DNA from: an uncultured Weeksellaceae bacterium
GTDB taxonomy: Bacteria > Bacteroidota > Bacteroidia > Flavobacteriales_D > CAZDUI01
Reading direction: 5' to 3'
NCBI GenBank assembly: GCA_964508605.1
Contig: CAZDUI010000006.1
Location: 44,903-108,902, forward strand
Length of the DNA stretch: 64,000 nucleotides
Of this stretch, positions 26,402-35,389 are shown piece by piece. The notes under the pieces are model-generated. The model saw only the letters and a list, made by a program, of their open reading frames with translations, had not been told where the DNA came from and did not search any database. Position numbers and translations under genes: made by a program. The stretch's first letter is position 1. Every line of letters begins with the position of its first letter.

Positions 26402-29038
26402 TCAATAATTCGATTTAAAAAAATCGCTGTACGCATCCGTTTTCTTCTCGAGAAACAGCGTATTGTAATTTTTATGAGTAATTACAAAGAAATCAAGATT
26501 CTGATTGTAGCTTTTTACATGCGTTGTATTGCTCTTAAACGCATTATAATATTGTAAGGCCTCTGTACTGTTTGCGAAGCTTTTAACCAGCACCATTTGC
26601 TGCTCAGGATTCAAAAAGGTTGTAGATGTTTTATATTGCTTAGAATTAAAAGATGTTCTGTTAAAGTCGCTTAGCGCACGGGTTACCTGGTTAATTTTTC
26701 CTAAATCTGAAGGATATATCAAAACAAAAAAGTGTTCCATATCGGCATTAAAAACATATGGACTACTGCCGGCAAGTGCATCTCCGCCGGTTTTTACCTT
26801 CTTCATGTTGTCCAATAATTTCTTAGCCATTTTTCCTTCATCCGTCTCGGGAAAACGGGTTATGCATTCCTGTAAAACCACAGTGATGGAATCATTATTT
26901 TTATCGGGTAACATGCCCATTGCATAGGCTTTAAGCAACAAATACTCAGGAGAGAATCTGTTCTCAGGTTTCACAGCCAACCTCATATTACACAACCCAA
27001 TAACTTCATTATATTGTTCTAACTGGTATAATGCATAGGTGTTGTTATATTCAAATTCCTGAATTCTTGTTGCTTCTTCTTTTTTCTTTAAGTAATCTGG
27101 ATCTTGAATAATTTTAGCATAATCGCTGTCAGGAAAATTGTTTATTATAAAATCCTTATACTCTTCTGTTGCTGCGTTATTCTTTTCCTTTAACAGCGTA
27201 TATAACTGAAAAGCAGCAGCCAGTGCTTTTTTGTCGGGCTGAAACCGACTGTACGATTCGCTAAAGTACTTTTCGGCTGTTTTCAAATCTTTAAAGCGTT
27301 CCCGGTAAATTACACCCAAATTATACAAACTCGTCGCAATTTTATTCAATGCTTCATCTTGTTGTTTATCAGTAAGCGGCAAGTTTTTTACATAGTATTC
27401 CCTGCTGTACGGGTCGTTCTCGGCAGGAACCGAAACAGTACTATCCTGAGCACTTTCATCTACTGCAAACTGAGACTTGTCTTTTCTTCTCCAGTTGTCT
27501 TCATTTACCCTGTCTCCCCACATTCTTCTAAATTCGGCAACACCAAAAGCAATCGCTTCATTATTATAAAAATACCAACCACCTTTTCCTCCACGTCCTG
27601 CTGCAACCACCGGAGCCGAAGATTGTGCATTGCGTTTAAGCCGCTCCTTCTCTTTAAAGTCTTCAATTAGTTTGTCAATTTTATCCAGATAACACGATTC
27701 GCCGCAGCGAGCCAGTTTCAGTAAGGAATCATTTGTGTTATATGTATTAAAATTCTCTACCAGGTCTGTTAATCCTTCGGACCTGTCCTTCACCAGAGAC
27801 AAAGATTCAAAATCCTCTTTTGCTACCGTTAAACAGCTGTCGTAAAATAATTTTGCCTGAGGGAATTTTTCACTGTCATAATGGATATTGCCAAGTCTGT
27901 AATACGTTCTTGTTTTCTGGCGGTCGTTGTTTACCGACGCCTTTGCCGACCTTAAAAAGTTTTGAATGGCCTCCGGTTGATTCCCGTCTTTCATGTCAAG
28001 CTCACCCAAAGCATAATAAATCTGATCGCGGAATTCAATGTTTTTATCGTCCTTTAATAATTTTCTCAATTCTGCCCTCAGGCTACGGGTATCATCGCCT
28101 GCATACAACAACGCCTTAAAAATTCTCGCATGAAAGGCCAGCTTGTAGTCGGCCGACAGTTTCATGGCGCGGTCAAAATTTAATGATGCCTGGGTATTAT
28201 TATTGAGTTTTTGATACACCTGTGCCAGAACAAAGTGTAATCTAGCTTTTTCCTTCCGGTTTTCAGCAATCTTAATGGCCTCCTCCAATCGCTCAGCAGC
28301 CTGGGTATATTCCTTTTTATGCAAATGGATATCGGCAAACAAGATAATTACATCGTCCTGCAAATCTTCAGGGAAGAGCGGTGTGATGGTTTTAACCGAT
28401 TTTTTCTTCTTTTTTCGTTCCTTAATTATCTTTTTATTTTCTTCAATAATGCTTTTGCGGTTGTCTTTATGCTCCTTAATAATTTCTTCCAGTTTCTGAA
28501 GCAACGCAAACGCGTTACCAAAGTCTGCCTTGTGTATATAGGTTTGAGCAATCCAGATATCAGCATGATAGATTGATGGCTCTTCCGGATAATTCAGCTT
28601 TACATACTTTAACTTCTCTAATGCCTCTTTGTAGTCGTGTTTTAGCACATAAGCCTTCCCCATTACCAGCCAGTTTTCGTCAATCCAACGACACCATTCT
28701 TCTCTCTTATCTTTAGTGCCTTTGTGCGGGTTAGGCATACTGTGTTTGGTTATAACCAAAGAGGTTTTTTTTATGGCCGATTCCATTTGACTGTTCAGGG
28801 CATCTGCATCTGCCTGCCCGGGATACAGGGTAACCGGAAGAACGTCAAAGTAATTTTCCTGATAAGAGGCCCTGTACTCTATTAAGGAAGTGCGGATAAT
28901 TTCTCCGGCATTGAAATAGCCATTGTATCTGGCAGTCATGTTGTGATAACCGCGATTTATCCATCGATTCTTTTCGGTAGAACATGAAGAGACTGTTACC
29001 AGACCCAGTAATATAATATAAAAAATCCTCAATTTCAA
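26402..29038 (-). CDS. porW: TPR lipoprotein resembling T9SS component PorW/SprE
   Basis: 878 aa with lipobox VTVSSCS. The N-terminal NRWINRGYHNMTARYNGYFNAGE resembles the SprE/PorW N-terminal signature as I remember it. Multiple TPR-like repeats and size match SprE. The ORF begins at TTG directly after an in-frame TGA. Confidence 0.65.
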   Translation of the reverse strand: MKLRIFYIILLGLVTVSSCSTEKNRWINRGYHNMTARYNGYFNAGEIIRTSLIEYRASYQENYFDVLPVTLYPGQADADALNSQMESAIKKTSLVITKHSMPNPHKGTKDKREEWCRWIDENWLVMGKAYVLKHDYKEALEKLKYVKLNYPEEPSIYHADIWIAQTYIHKADFGNAFALLQKLEEIIKEHKDNRKSIIEENKKIIKERKKKKKSVKTITPLFPEDLQDDVIILFADIHLHKKEYTQAAERLEEAIKIAENRKEKARLHFVLAQVYQKLNNNTQASLNFDRAMKLSADYKLAFHARIFKALLYAGDDTRSLRAELRKLLKDDKNIEFRDQIYYALGELDMKDGNQPEAIQNFLRSAKASVNNDRQKTRTYYRLGNIHYDSEKFPQAKLFYDSCLTVAKEDFESLSLVKDRSEGLTDLVENFNTYNTNDSLLKLARCGESCYLDKIDKLIEDFKEKERLKRNAQSSAPVVAAGRGGKGGWYFYNNEAIAFGVAEFRRMWGDRVNEDNWRRKDKSQFAVDESAQDSTVSVPAENDPYSREYYVKNLPLTDKQQDEALNKIATSLYNLGVIYRERFKDLKTAEKYFSESYSRFQPDKKALAAAFQLYTLLKEKNNAATEEYKDFIINNFPDSDYAKIIQDPDYLKKKEEATRIQEFEYNNTYALYQLEQYNEVIGLCNMRLAVKPENRFSPEYLLLKAYAMGMLPDKNNDSITVVLQECITRFPETDEGKMAKKLLDNMKKVKTGGDALAGSSPYVFNADMEHFFVLIYPSDLGKINQVTRALSDFNRTSFNSKQYKTSTTFLNPEQQMVLVKSFANSTEALQYYNAFKSNTTHVKSYNQNLDFFVITHKNYNTLFLEKKTDAYSDFFKSNY

Positions 29039-29419
29039 ATCAATACATTTAGCCTGTATATTGTATGTATTTCTGGTTCAGCCCATGCCAAAAACCAAAA
29101 AGCCGTGACAATAACAGCGAAAGGGCAAATTTATTTTAAATTCTTTAGCAGGAGATAAAAAATGGCCTGAATGGCAGGTCTACCCATTTAAGAATAGAAA
29201 GAAATAAAGATGAATAACACATAAATAGTTGGCTGAAACCATTTTTGTTTCTCAATATAAGTTTTGATAATCAGATTTTAATTTGAAAATGCAACTTGTA
29301 TAAAGAAATAAAGACTTCGTCTGCCGGCTGGGTATTCCTTTTGTCAACGGTCAAAAAGGAATCAAAAACCGCTTTTTTAAAGCGAACCTGCTCGTGTATT
29401 TGAAAATTAAACTTACCTT

Positions 29420-29605
29420 CAAGGGGATAAATAAAATTAACAGATAGCAATTTTTGAGATTTTTTCCAACAGATTCGACTCGTTTTTTGACAAATATAGC
29501 GGGCCATATTTGGATAAAAATGAGAGAAGGTGCGGAAAAAAACAAAAAGTGCATCTGAATGTGCTTTTACTGATAATTAGAAACTGATTTTATATATCCC
29601 CGCTG
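29420..29605 (+). repeat. rod-like palindromic intergenic element, copy A (candidate structured sRNA or MITE-like repeat)
   Basis: Closing stem 29423-29439/29585-29601. Middle helix 29458-29467/29534-29543. Apical hairpin 29483-29520. 77/100 ungapped identity between 29421-29520 and 63341-63440. The G-U pairs are only valid on the plus strand. Confidence 0.6.
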
Positions 29606-29968
29606 GTCTCATGTAAACTCAATTACGCCAATAGCGACAGATAATGCTCGTCTGTCGATGGCTGGATTTCAAACAGCACATTCGACGGGCGTTCGGGTTG
29701 CATTATTTTCTAAATACAACTCCCACGATTCGCTAGGTTAATCCTTTATTCTAATTACAATTAAATTAAAACCGGTTCATTATCAATTTACCATAGCCAT
29801 AAAATTTCTCCTTTCAATTATGGCAAATATATTTGTGCTCGTTCCAGCCTGAACGAAAGGAAGAACCATATATCAACTGAGGAGTTTGGCTGTGCAAGTA
29901 CACCATCAGGTTATCCGGATTCTTTATTAAGACGAAGGAAATAATACACGATACATGAAACTGTCAGC

Positions 29969-30661
29969 TTAGAACAACCATCCATATCTAACAAACAGAT
30001 ACTGAATGACAAATCCTGCCAGCGCACCTAAAAACACCTGATCCACTGAATGAACTTTTCTTATTACCCGTGCTGCTCCAACTACACCTATGGCGGCCAT
30101 AACCAAAGCAATCACTTCATGATGTCGGTAAAAAACAACATCTGTCAGCGCGTACAACATTCCGGCAACACCTGCTACCGACATAGCGTGCATACTGATT
30201 TTATATCGCAGTGTAATTAGCAAACCCAGGGCCATGCAGGTAAGAGCCCCTGAAAAGGCGCTAAATACTACGGGATGGATGTACGCCTTGCCCTTGGCGA
30301 GCATATAATAAGCCATAGCATAAAAAAGAAAGGTAGTTAGAAACGGCGATAATCTCTCCTTTGGATTCTGCAAATCCATTGACCTTATAAACCTGAAACT
30401 GTACAAAACCAGCGTACTTAAAACGGGTGCGGCAACTAAAACCATTAACAATAGATAAATACCCTGAAGTACCCGGGGGTCGGTTAAATCTCTAATCTCT
30501 GTATCAGCCGAGAACATCAGCCGAAATCCAAACAAAGGCATAAAAACCGGATGAAAAACAATGGAAACAACTTTAGCAACCGATTCTAACACAACATTTT
30601 CCTTACCGGAGTTTATACCCGGTTGATTTGTTGATATTACAGGCTCATTTTGATTTTCCAT
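29969..30661 (-). CDS. PAP2-superfamily membrane phosphatase-like protein
   Basis: The track ORF is trimmed to MENQNEPVIS (ATG at 30661), because the upstream 93 codons overlap the divergent gene and look non-coding. Multiple TM helices, with SMHAMSVAG and RKVHSVDQV resembling PAP2 motifs C2/C3. Confidence 0.6.
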   Translation of the reverse strand: MENQNEPVISTNQPGINSGKENVVLESVAKVVSIVFHPVFMPLFGFRLMFSADTEIRDLTDPRVLQGIYLLLMVLVAAPVLSTLVLYSFRFIRSMDLQNPKERLSPFLTTFLFYAMAYYMLAKGKAYIHPVVFSAFSGALTCMALGLLITLRYKISMHAMSVAGVAGMLYALTDVVFYRHHEVIALVMAAIGVVGAARVIRKVHSVDQVFLGALAGFVIQYLFVRYGWLF

Positions 30662-30729
30662 ACCGGCCGTGAAGGTACGTACTTTTACAAAACATCTTGT
30701 ATCGCCTGTTGTTTTTATATCTTCGCGGC

Positions 30730-31758
30730 ATGCATCTGGTAACAGGCTCAACAGGATTACTGGGAACTCACCTACTGGCCGAATTGCTGCGCAATGGCCA
30801 CCATCCGGTGAAAGCCTTATATCGCAGCGAAGCGAAAAAACAATACAGTATTGATTTGATATCCTTTTGCTATCCCGGACTAGAAAACGAGATGCAAAGT
30901 ATTGAATGGATAAACTGCGACATTCTTGACATTGATGCACTTTACGATGCCATGCAGGGTTGCAGGGTAGTATGGCACACTGCCGGATTTGTATCTTTCA
31001 GCAACCGGGACAGTAAAACCCTGATGGAGGTGAATGTACAGGGAACTAAAAATGTTGTAAACTGTGCCCTGGAACTAAATGTTTCCCGCTTCATCCACGT
31101 TAGCTCTACAGCCGCGATATCCAGAAAAAAAGGTGCAACTGAAATTGACGAAAACAATGCGTGGAATCGTGAAATCAGTGGATCGTGGTATGCCCGTACA
31201 AAATTTATGGCTGAACGAGAAGTATGGCGGGCGTCTGAAGAAGGAATGGAAATAATTATTGTAAACCCTTCAGTGATAATAGGCCCCGGAGACTGGCATC
31301 AAAGCAGTCTGGAAATTTTCAAAAGAGTGAACCGGGGGCTCAGTTTTTATCCTGCCGGTGCAGATGCCTTTACCGATGTTCGCGACATTTGCAGGGCTAT
31401 GTGCCTGTTGCATCAAAAAAATATAACCGGGCAGCGCTTTCTTATAGCCGGAAATAATATTCCTTTCAAGGTATTATTAGATAAAATTGCTATTTCTCTG
31501 AATAAAAAACCTCCCACATTTGCAGTAAAACGTTGGATGATTTCCATAGCCTGGCGATTTGATGCTGCCTTAAGCTTTATTACAGGTCGTTCTCAGAAAT
31601 TAAATAAACATACTGCCCGCGCAGCAATGCGCATTTCGAAATATGATGGTACTGCCATTCAAAAGGCCACCGGTTTGGAATACACTGCAACTGATGATGC
31701 CATATCGTTTGCAAACCTTTGGTTTATGCATCGGTACCCTGTGAATTCAGGAAGATGA
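30730..31758 (+). CDS. NAD-dependent epimerase/dehydratase family protein
   Basis: Start set at MHLVTGSTGLLGTHL (Rossmann GxxGxxG at the N-terminus). YARTK catalytic YxxxK. Confidence 0.85.
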   Translation: MHLVTGSTGLLGTHLLAELLRNGHHPVKALYRSEAKKQYSIDLISFCYPGLENEMQSIEWINCDILDIDALYDAMQGCRVVWHTAGFVSFSNRDSKTLMEVNVQGTKNVVNCALELNVSRFIHVSSTAAISRKKGATEIDENNAWNREISGSWYARTKFMAEREVWRASEEGMEIIIVNPSVIIGPGDWHQSSLEIFKRVNRGLSFYPAGADAFTDVRDICRAMCLLHQKNITGQRFLIAGNNIPFKVLLDKIAISLNKKPPTFAVKRWMISIAWRFDAALSFITGRSQKLNKHTARAAMRISKYDGTAIQKATGLEYTATDDAISFANLWFMHRYPVNSGR

Positions 31759-31793
31759 CCTTGCTGCGCACTACATTCACAACCCCTTATTCT

Positions 31794-32498
31794 TTATTTC
31801 AAATCGTTCATTAGCATGCCTTTTACCTCAGCAAGACTATAGGCCACCCTTACGTCTGCATACGCCAAAGCAATTTCCTGCGAAAGATGGATGGCCGGCA
31901 TACCTGCATTAATGGCTCCCTGTATATCTGCCGAGTGATCGTCGCCAACCATGATACTGTTACCGGCATGAGCTCCCGTTTTGGAAAATGCATAAGAAAA
32001 AATTGCCGGGTCGGGTTTTCGGGCGCCGGCATCTTCGCTGGTTATTACCTGATTAAAAAACTCAGACAAACCACTATGTTTTAGCTTAGTATGTTGCGTC
32101 TGCCGGAACCCGTTTGTAATGATGTGCAGCTGAAAATACTGTCCCAATTCTGACAGTGTTTCCACAGCTCCCGGCAGGCAATGAGGTTGCACAGGACAAA
32201 GCACCAGGTATTCATCTCCAAGTTGTTCCACCAAAGAACGGGGTGGCTTTTTCATTCCACATGATTTCAGCGCTTCATGAAAACGGACGTACCGCAAATC
32301 TTCCCTGTTGATATGTCCCTTGCGGAACTTTTCCCATAGCTGCTCATTTATATGCTCATAGGATTTTAAAAAAACACCGAACCCACCTTCCAGTCCCGGA
32401 ATATGTTTCTCAAAAAGGACCTGCAGTGTGTATCGGGAATTCCGGTCAAAATCCCACAATGTACGGTCAAGGTCAAAAAAAATATGCTCTAATGCCAT
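31794..32498 (-). CDS. HAD-superfamily hydrolase (YjjG-like nucleotidase subfamily)
   Basis: Start set at MALEHIFFDLDRTLWDF (DxD motif I). Motif IV is GDDHSADIQGA. Confidence 0.8.
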   Translation of the reverse strand: MALEHIFFDLDRTLWDFDRNSRYTLQVLFEKHIPGLEGGFGVFLKSYEHINEQLWEKFRKGHINREDLRYVRFHEALKSCGMKKPPRSLVEQLGDEYLVLCPVQPHCLPGAVETLSELGQYFQLHIITNGFRQTQHTKLKHSGLSEFFNQVITSEDAGARKPDPAIFSYAFSKTGAHAGNSIMVGDDHSADIQGAINAGMPAIHLSQEIALAYADVRVAYSLAEVKGMLMNDLK

Positions 32499-32952
32499 CC
32501 AGCATGTATTTATAAAAAGTAACAAGAATAAACGACCAAGCAGCTGAAGAGACAATCAACATAGGTATCAGGGTACGCTCATGTTTAAAAAACTTGGCAC
32601 ACAGCAATCCCTCAATAGGTATAGAAACAAAAGGCAAGGCAATAAAAACAACCCCGTAATAACCCAGTTTGTGCTTCCATTTGATGATTTTTCTGTTTTT
32701 GCGGCTGAAGATTTTACGGGGAATTTTGCCGTTTTCCAAAGCTTCTCTTCGCTTTCTTACCATTCGTTTCCGTGATGTTTCCAATATGGTTTTGAACAGA
32801 AAAAAGAAAAAAAGCACACCCAGTGTTCCGCCCGCAAACTGAATCAGAAGAACTGTCCAGAAATCTATTCCTGCACCCAAACCCACCGGGGGCGAGAACA
32901 GGAATTTAATTGTTGCCATAAAAAACATTAGAATGGCGGCACCAGTCTGCAT
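32473..32952 (-). CDS. small multi-pass membrane protein, unknown function
   Basis: Track ORF trimmed to MQTGAAILMFF (ATG at 32952, 4 nt after the upp stop). Hydrophobic segments flank a basic loop (RKRMVRKRREALENGKIPRK). Confidence 0.5.
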   Translation of the reverse strand: MQTGAAILMFFMATIKFLFSPPVGLGAGIDFWTVLLIQFAGGTLGVLFFFFLFKTILETSRKRMVRKRREALENGKIPRKIFSRKNRKIIKWKHKLGYYGVVFIALPFVSIPIEGLLCAKFFKHERTLIPMLIVSSAAWSFILVTFYKYMLDGIRAYFF

Positions 32953-32956
32953 AGCC

Positions 32957-33607
32957 TTACAATTTCTCTCCGAACGCCAGATCGCCGGCGTCTCCCAGGC
33001 CGGGAACAATATATGCCTGAGCCGTAAGCTCATCGTCAATAGCACCCACCCACAATGTAATTCCGGCAGGTAGATGACTGCGTACATAATCTATTCCCTG
33101 GCGGCTGGCTATCGCCGCAACAATATGGGTGTGTGCCGGTTTACCTTTGGTAACCATGGCCTTGTACGCCAAAACCATACTGGCTCCTGTTGCCAGCATG
33201 GGGTCGCAAAGAATTACCGTTTTATCTTCCAGCGACGGACTACTGAAATACTCAATTAAAACTTCAAAACTATCGTCGTTGCGTGTATGTTTCCGGTATG
33301 CCGAAACAAAACCATTATCGGCGCGGTCAAAAACTTCAAGAACACCATTGTGAATGGGCAACCCGGCACGCAAAATACTTACTACCACCGGCTGACTCTT
33401 AAAAAATCTGCAGGAGGCAACACCCAATGGCGTAGTAATTTCCCTGTTTTCGTACTCCAGCTTTCTGCTAATTTCAACTGCCGCCAACATTCCAAATCGT
33501 TCAAGATTTTTCCTGAAACGCATCCTGTCATTTTGAACCGTAATATCTCTTAATTCGGCAATCACTGTATGAATTACTGAATCGGTTTCTGTTAAAATTT
33601 TTATCAT
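32957..33607 (-). CDS. upp: uracil phosphoribosyltransferase
   Basis: 216 aa. PRPP-binding VILCDPMLATGAS and the C-terminal YIVPGLGDAGD. Confidence 0.93.
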   Translation of the reverse strand: MIKILTETDSVIHTVIAELRDITVQNDRMRFRKNLERFGMLAAVEISRKLEYENREITTPLGVASCRFFKSQPVVVSILRAGLPIHNGVLEVFDRADNGFVSAYRKHTRNDDSFEVLIEYFSSPSLEDKTVILCDPMLATGASMVLAYKAMVTKGKPAHTHIVAAIASRQGIDYVRSHLPAGITLWVGAIDDELTAQAYIVPGLGDAGDLAFGEKL

Positions 33608-33609
33608 AA

Positions 33610-34356
33610 CTACATGTTTAAGCCACCGTTAACGGATAATATTTGACCTGTTGTAAAATTATTATCGTGATGTATTAAAAATTCAATTGCTCTTACCAGT
33701 GCCATCGGATTACCCAATGAACCTGTGGGGGTATCCTTCTTCAATTGTTCCTGAACTGCAGGCGGTATTACCTGAATCATTCCGGTATTCATATAACCCG
33801 GAGACAATACGTTTACCGTAATTCCATAAGGTCCAAGGTCAGACGCCATGGCACGGCACAATCCGAACAGTCCACTTTTGGAAGCAGCGTATGCCGCTGA
33901 ACCTATTACCCCTGTTTGTGCAACTACCGATGACACAAAGACAATTCTACCCCACTTCTGGTTACGCATTTCAGGAATAAAGGCACGGGAAATCTGCATT
34001 GGAGCCGTAAGATTCATTTGAAGTACGCGCTGCCATTCTGCATCTTCTATCTTCCAGCACATACCTGCCGACGACACTCCGGCATTGTGAATTACAATAT
34101 CAATTTTCCCTAATGATTGCAGTACTTCACGGGTAAGAACGTCTATGGACTCATCGTCAAGAAGGTCGGCGTGAAACGCGTGTGCCCTGTCAGGGAATTC
34201 TTTTAGCAACGCCCGGAGTGCATCTCCGTTGTTATGATACTGCATGGCTACCTGGTGCCCGGCTTCCAACAAAAATCTGCAAATGTGCAAACCAATGCCT
34301 CCCGATGCGCCTGATACAAAAACGGTTCTGGTTTCATTGGCCATATTTCGGGTCAT
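33610..34356 (-). CDS. SDR-family oxidoreductase (FabG-like)
   Basis: VSGASGGIG cofactor motif and YAASKSG catalytic YxxxK. Start chosen at the ATG forming an ATGA overlap with the upstream stop (34353-34356). Confidence 0.85.
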   Translation of the reverse strand: MTRNMANETRTVFVSGASGGIGLHICRFLLEAGHQVAMQYHNNGDALRALLKEFPDRAHAFHADLLDDESIDVLTREVLQSLGKIDIVIHNAGVSSAGMCWKIEDAEWQRVLQMNLTAPMQISRAFIPEMRNQKWGRIVFVSSVVAQTGVIGSAAYAASKSGLFGLCRAMASDLGPYGITVNVLSPGYMNTGMIQVIPPAVQEQLKKDTPTGSLGNPMALVRAIEFLIHHDNNFTTGQILSVNGGLNM

Positions 34357-35285
34357 TTGTTCCATTTTCTTCTTACCAGTGCATTCACCGGCCATGCAGT
34401 TTTATTCCGTGTCAAAATTAGATAGTTCTTGTCTTGGGCACCAAATTTTCTGTTAAATGCTGCCAAACCTTCATTCCGCGAACCTCCAAAGTCCAAAGTT
34501 ACATCGGTTTCGCTGAATTCCCTAATCACAGCATCAAAGATAGCATATACCGCACCTGCCTTCTTACCTGTTGTTGTGGCTGCACCCTTTAAAAACAGAA
34601 TGGTATGATGTGTAATAACAAAGAATGCCGCAGCTGCAAGTTCTCCGTTTATGCATGCTTCAATCCGGCGTGCCTTACCCTGCCCTTCTATATGCTTCAT
34701 TAATTGTAACAACCCTGCGTATTGTGATGATTTCAGGTTTGAAAATTCATTTCCCTTTTCGTTCCTGAACAAATCCACAATTACCTCTGCACTTAAAGGC
34801 ACACCAATTACCCCCTGCTCCTTCTCAAATTTTTTCAACATTCGCACAGCATTGGTACTGTACTTTTCTGCCAACCGGGAATACTTTTCGTTTAACTTCA
34901 AATGCTGATATACCGAACTTTTTCCTTCAAAACCGTCCCAAGGAATCCTGGTACCCTGATACCCAATGTTCACCAGTCTGAATTGAGCTGCAAGAAAAGA
35001 AAATATCTCATTTTCATAACGGGATCCTTCAGGTTGTTGTAATGCAAGTTCACGGCTGAATACGGGCTGAACCAAATACTTGACACCGGCCTTTCTTACT
35101 ATATTCAATGGCATTACCGCTTTATAATCCTGATAAATCAAACCAGACCACTTGCCTTTGGTTAATGGCTGCATATACCATGAATAAGCGAAAACAGAAG
35201 GATTTACTGAGTTCGAAACTACAGAATCCCATTTTTCAAAGTCAATTTCAGATGCAGGTAAAATTTTAATGGCCGTGCTGCTCAC
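34353..35285 (-). CDS. FemAB-like / GNAT-fold acyltransferase family protein
   Basis: 310 aa. The N-terminal EKWDSVVSNSVNPSVFAYSWYM and the C-terminal GAVYAIFDAVIREF...LDFGGS resemble FemAB/BioF2-like acetyltransferase-fold proteins. Assignment is from memory only. Confidence 0.5.
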   Translation of the reverse strand: MSSTAIKILPASEIDFEKWDSVVSNSVNPSVFAYSWYMQPLTKGKWSGLIYQDYKAVMPLNIVRKAGVKYLVQPVFSRELALQQPEGSRYENEIFSFLAAQFRLVNIGYQGTRIPWDGFEGKSSVYQHLKLNEKYSRLAEKYSTNAVRMLKKFEKEQGVIGVPLSAEVIVDLFRNEKGNEFSNLKSSQYAGLLQLMKHIEGQGKARRIEACINGELAAAAFFVITHHTILFLKGAATTTGKKAGAVYAIFDAVIREFSETDVTLDFGGSRNEGLAAFNRKFGAQDKNYLILTRNKTAWPVNALVRRKWNK

Positions 35286-35389
35286 GGCTCAAAAATACAA
35301 CCTGCAACCGATAAACCACCAAATTAAAGCGGAATTGATACCTGAATTCATTAAATTCAGCGTAATTTTGCCAAAACAATTCAGAAAAC

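Noticed and set aside
29351-29554. The minus-strand ORFs 29351-29554 and 63319-63504 share VKKR[VI]ES[VA]G..KNCYLL, which could suggest a conserved small protein.
   Set aside because: Of 18 differing codons in the aligned block, only 2 are synonymous. The similarity is explained by nucleotide conservation of the palindromic element, and the ORF ends are not conserved.
29681-29689. TTCGACGGG (29681-29689) resembles the conserved 5' region of tmRNA, and GCGGGTTCAAC (63470-63480) resembles a tmRNA/tRNA T-arm.
   Set aside because: There is no GGGG acceptor 5' end at the right distance, no tag-peptide reading frame and no CCA-proximal acceptor stem. The putative T-loop has 5 nt instead of 7. The two pieces also lie 34 kb apart.
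29846-29870. CCTGAACGAAAGGAAGAACC looks like the SRP RNA helix-8 GNRA tetraloop followed by GGAAG.
   Set aside because: The flanking sequence does not form the SRP helix 5/8 pairing. The local fold is instead a simple CGTTC/GAACG hairpin, and the AGCA symmetric-loop motif is absent.
30662-30940. The ORF track extends the PAP2-like gene by 93 codons (to 30940), overlapping the divergent epimerase gene.
   Set aside because: The extension is Cys/Arg-rich, non-membrane-like and overlaps the epimerase coding region. An internal Met at 30661 gives a sensible protein. The same logic was applied to 30697 vs 30730, 32555 vs 32498, 33087 vs 32952, 60903 vs 60951 and 50890 vs 50917.
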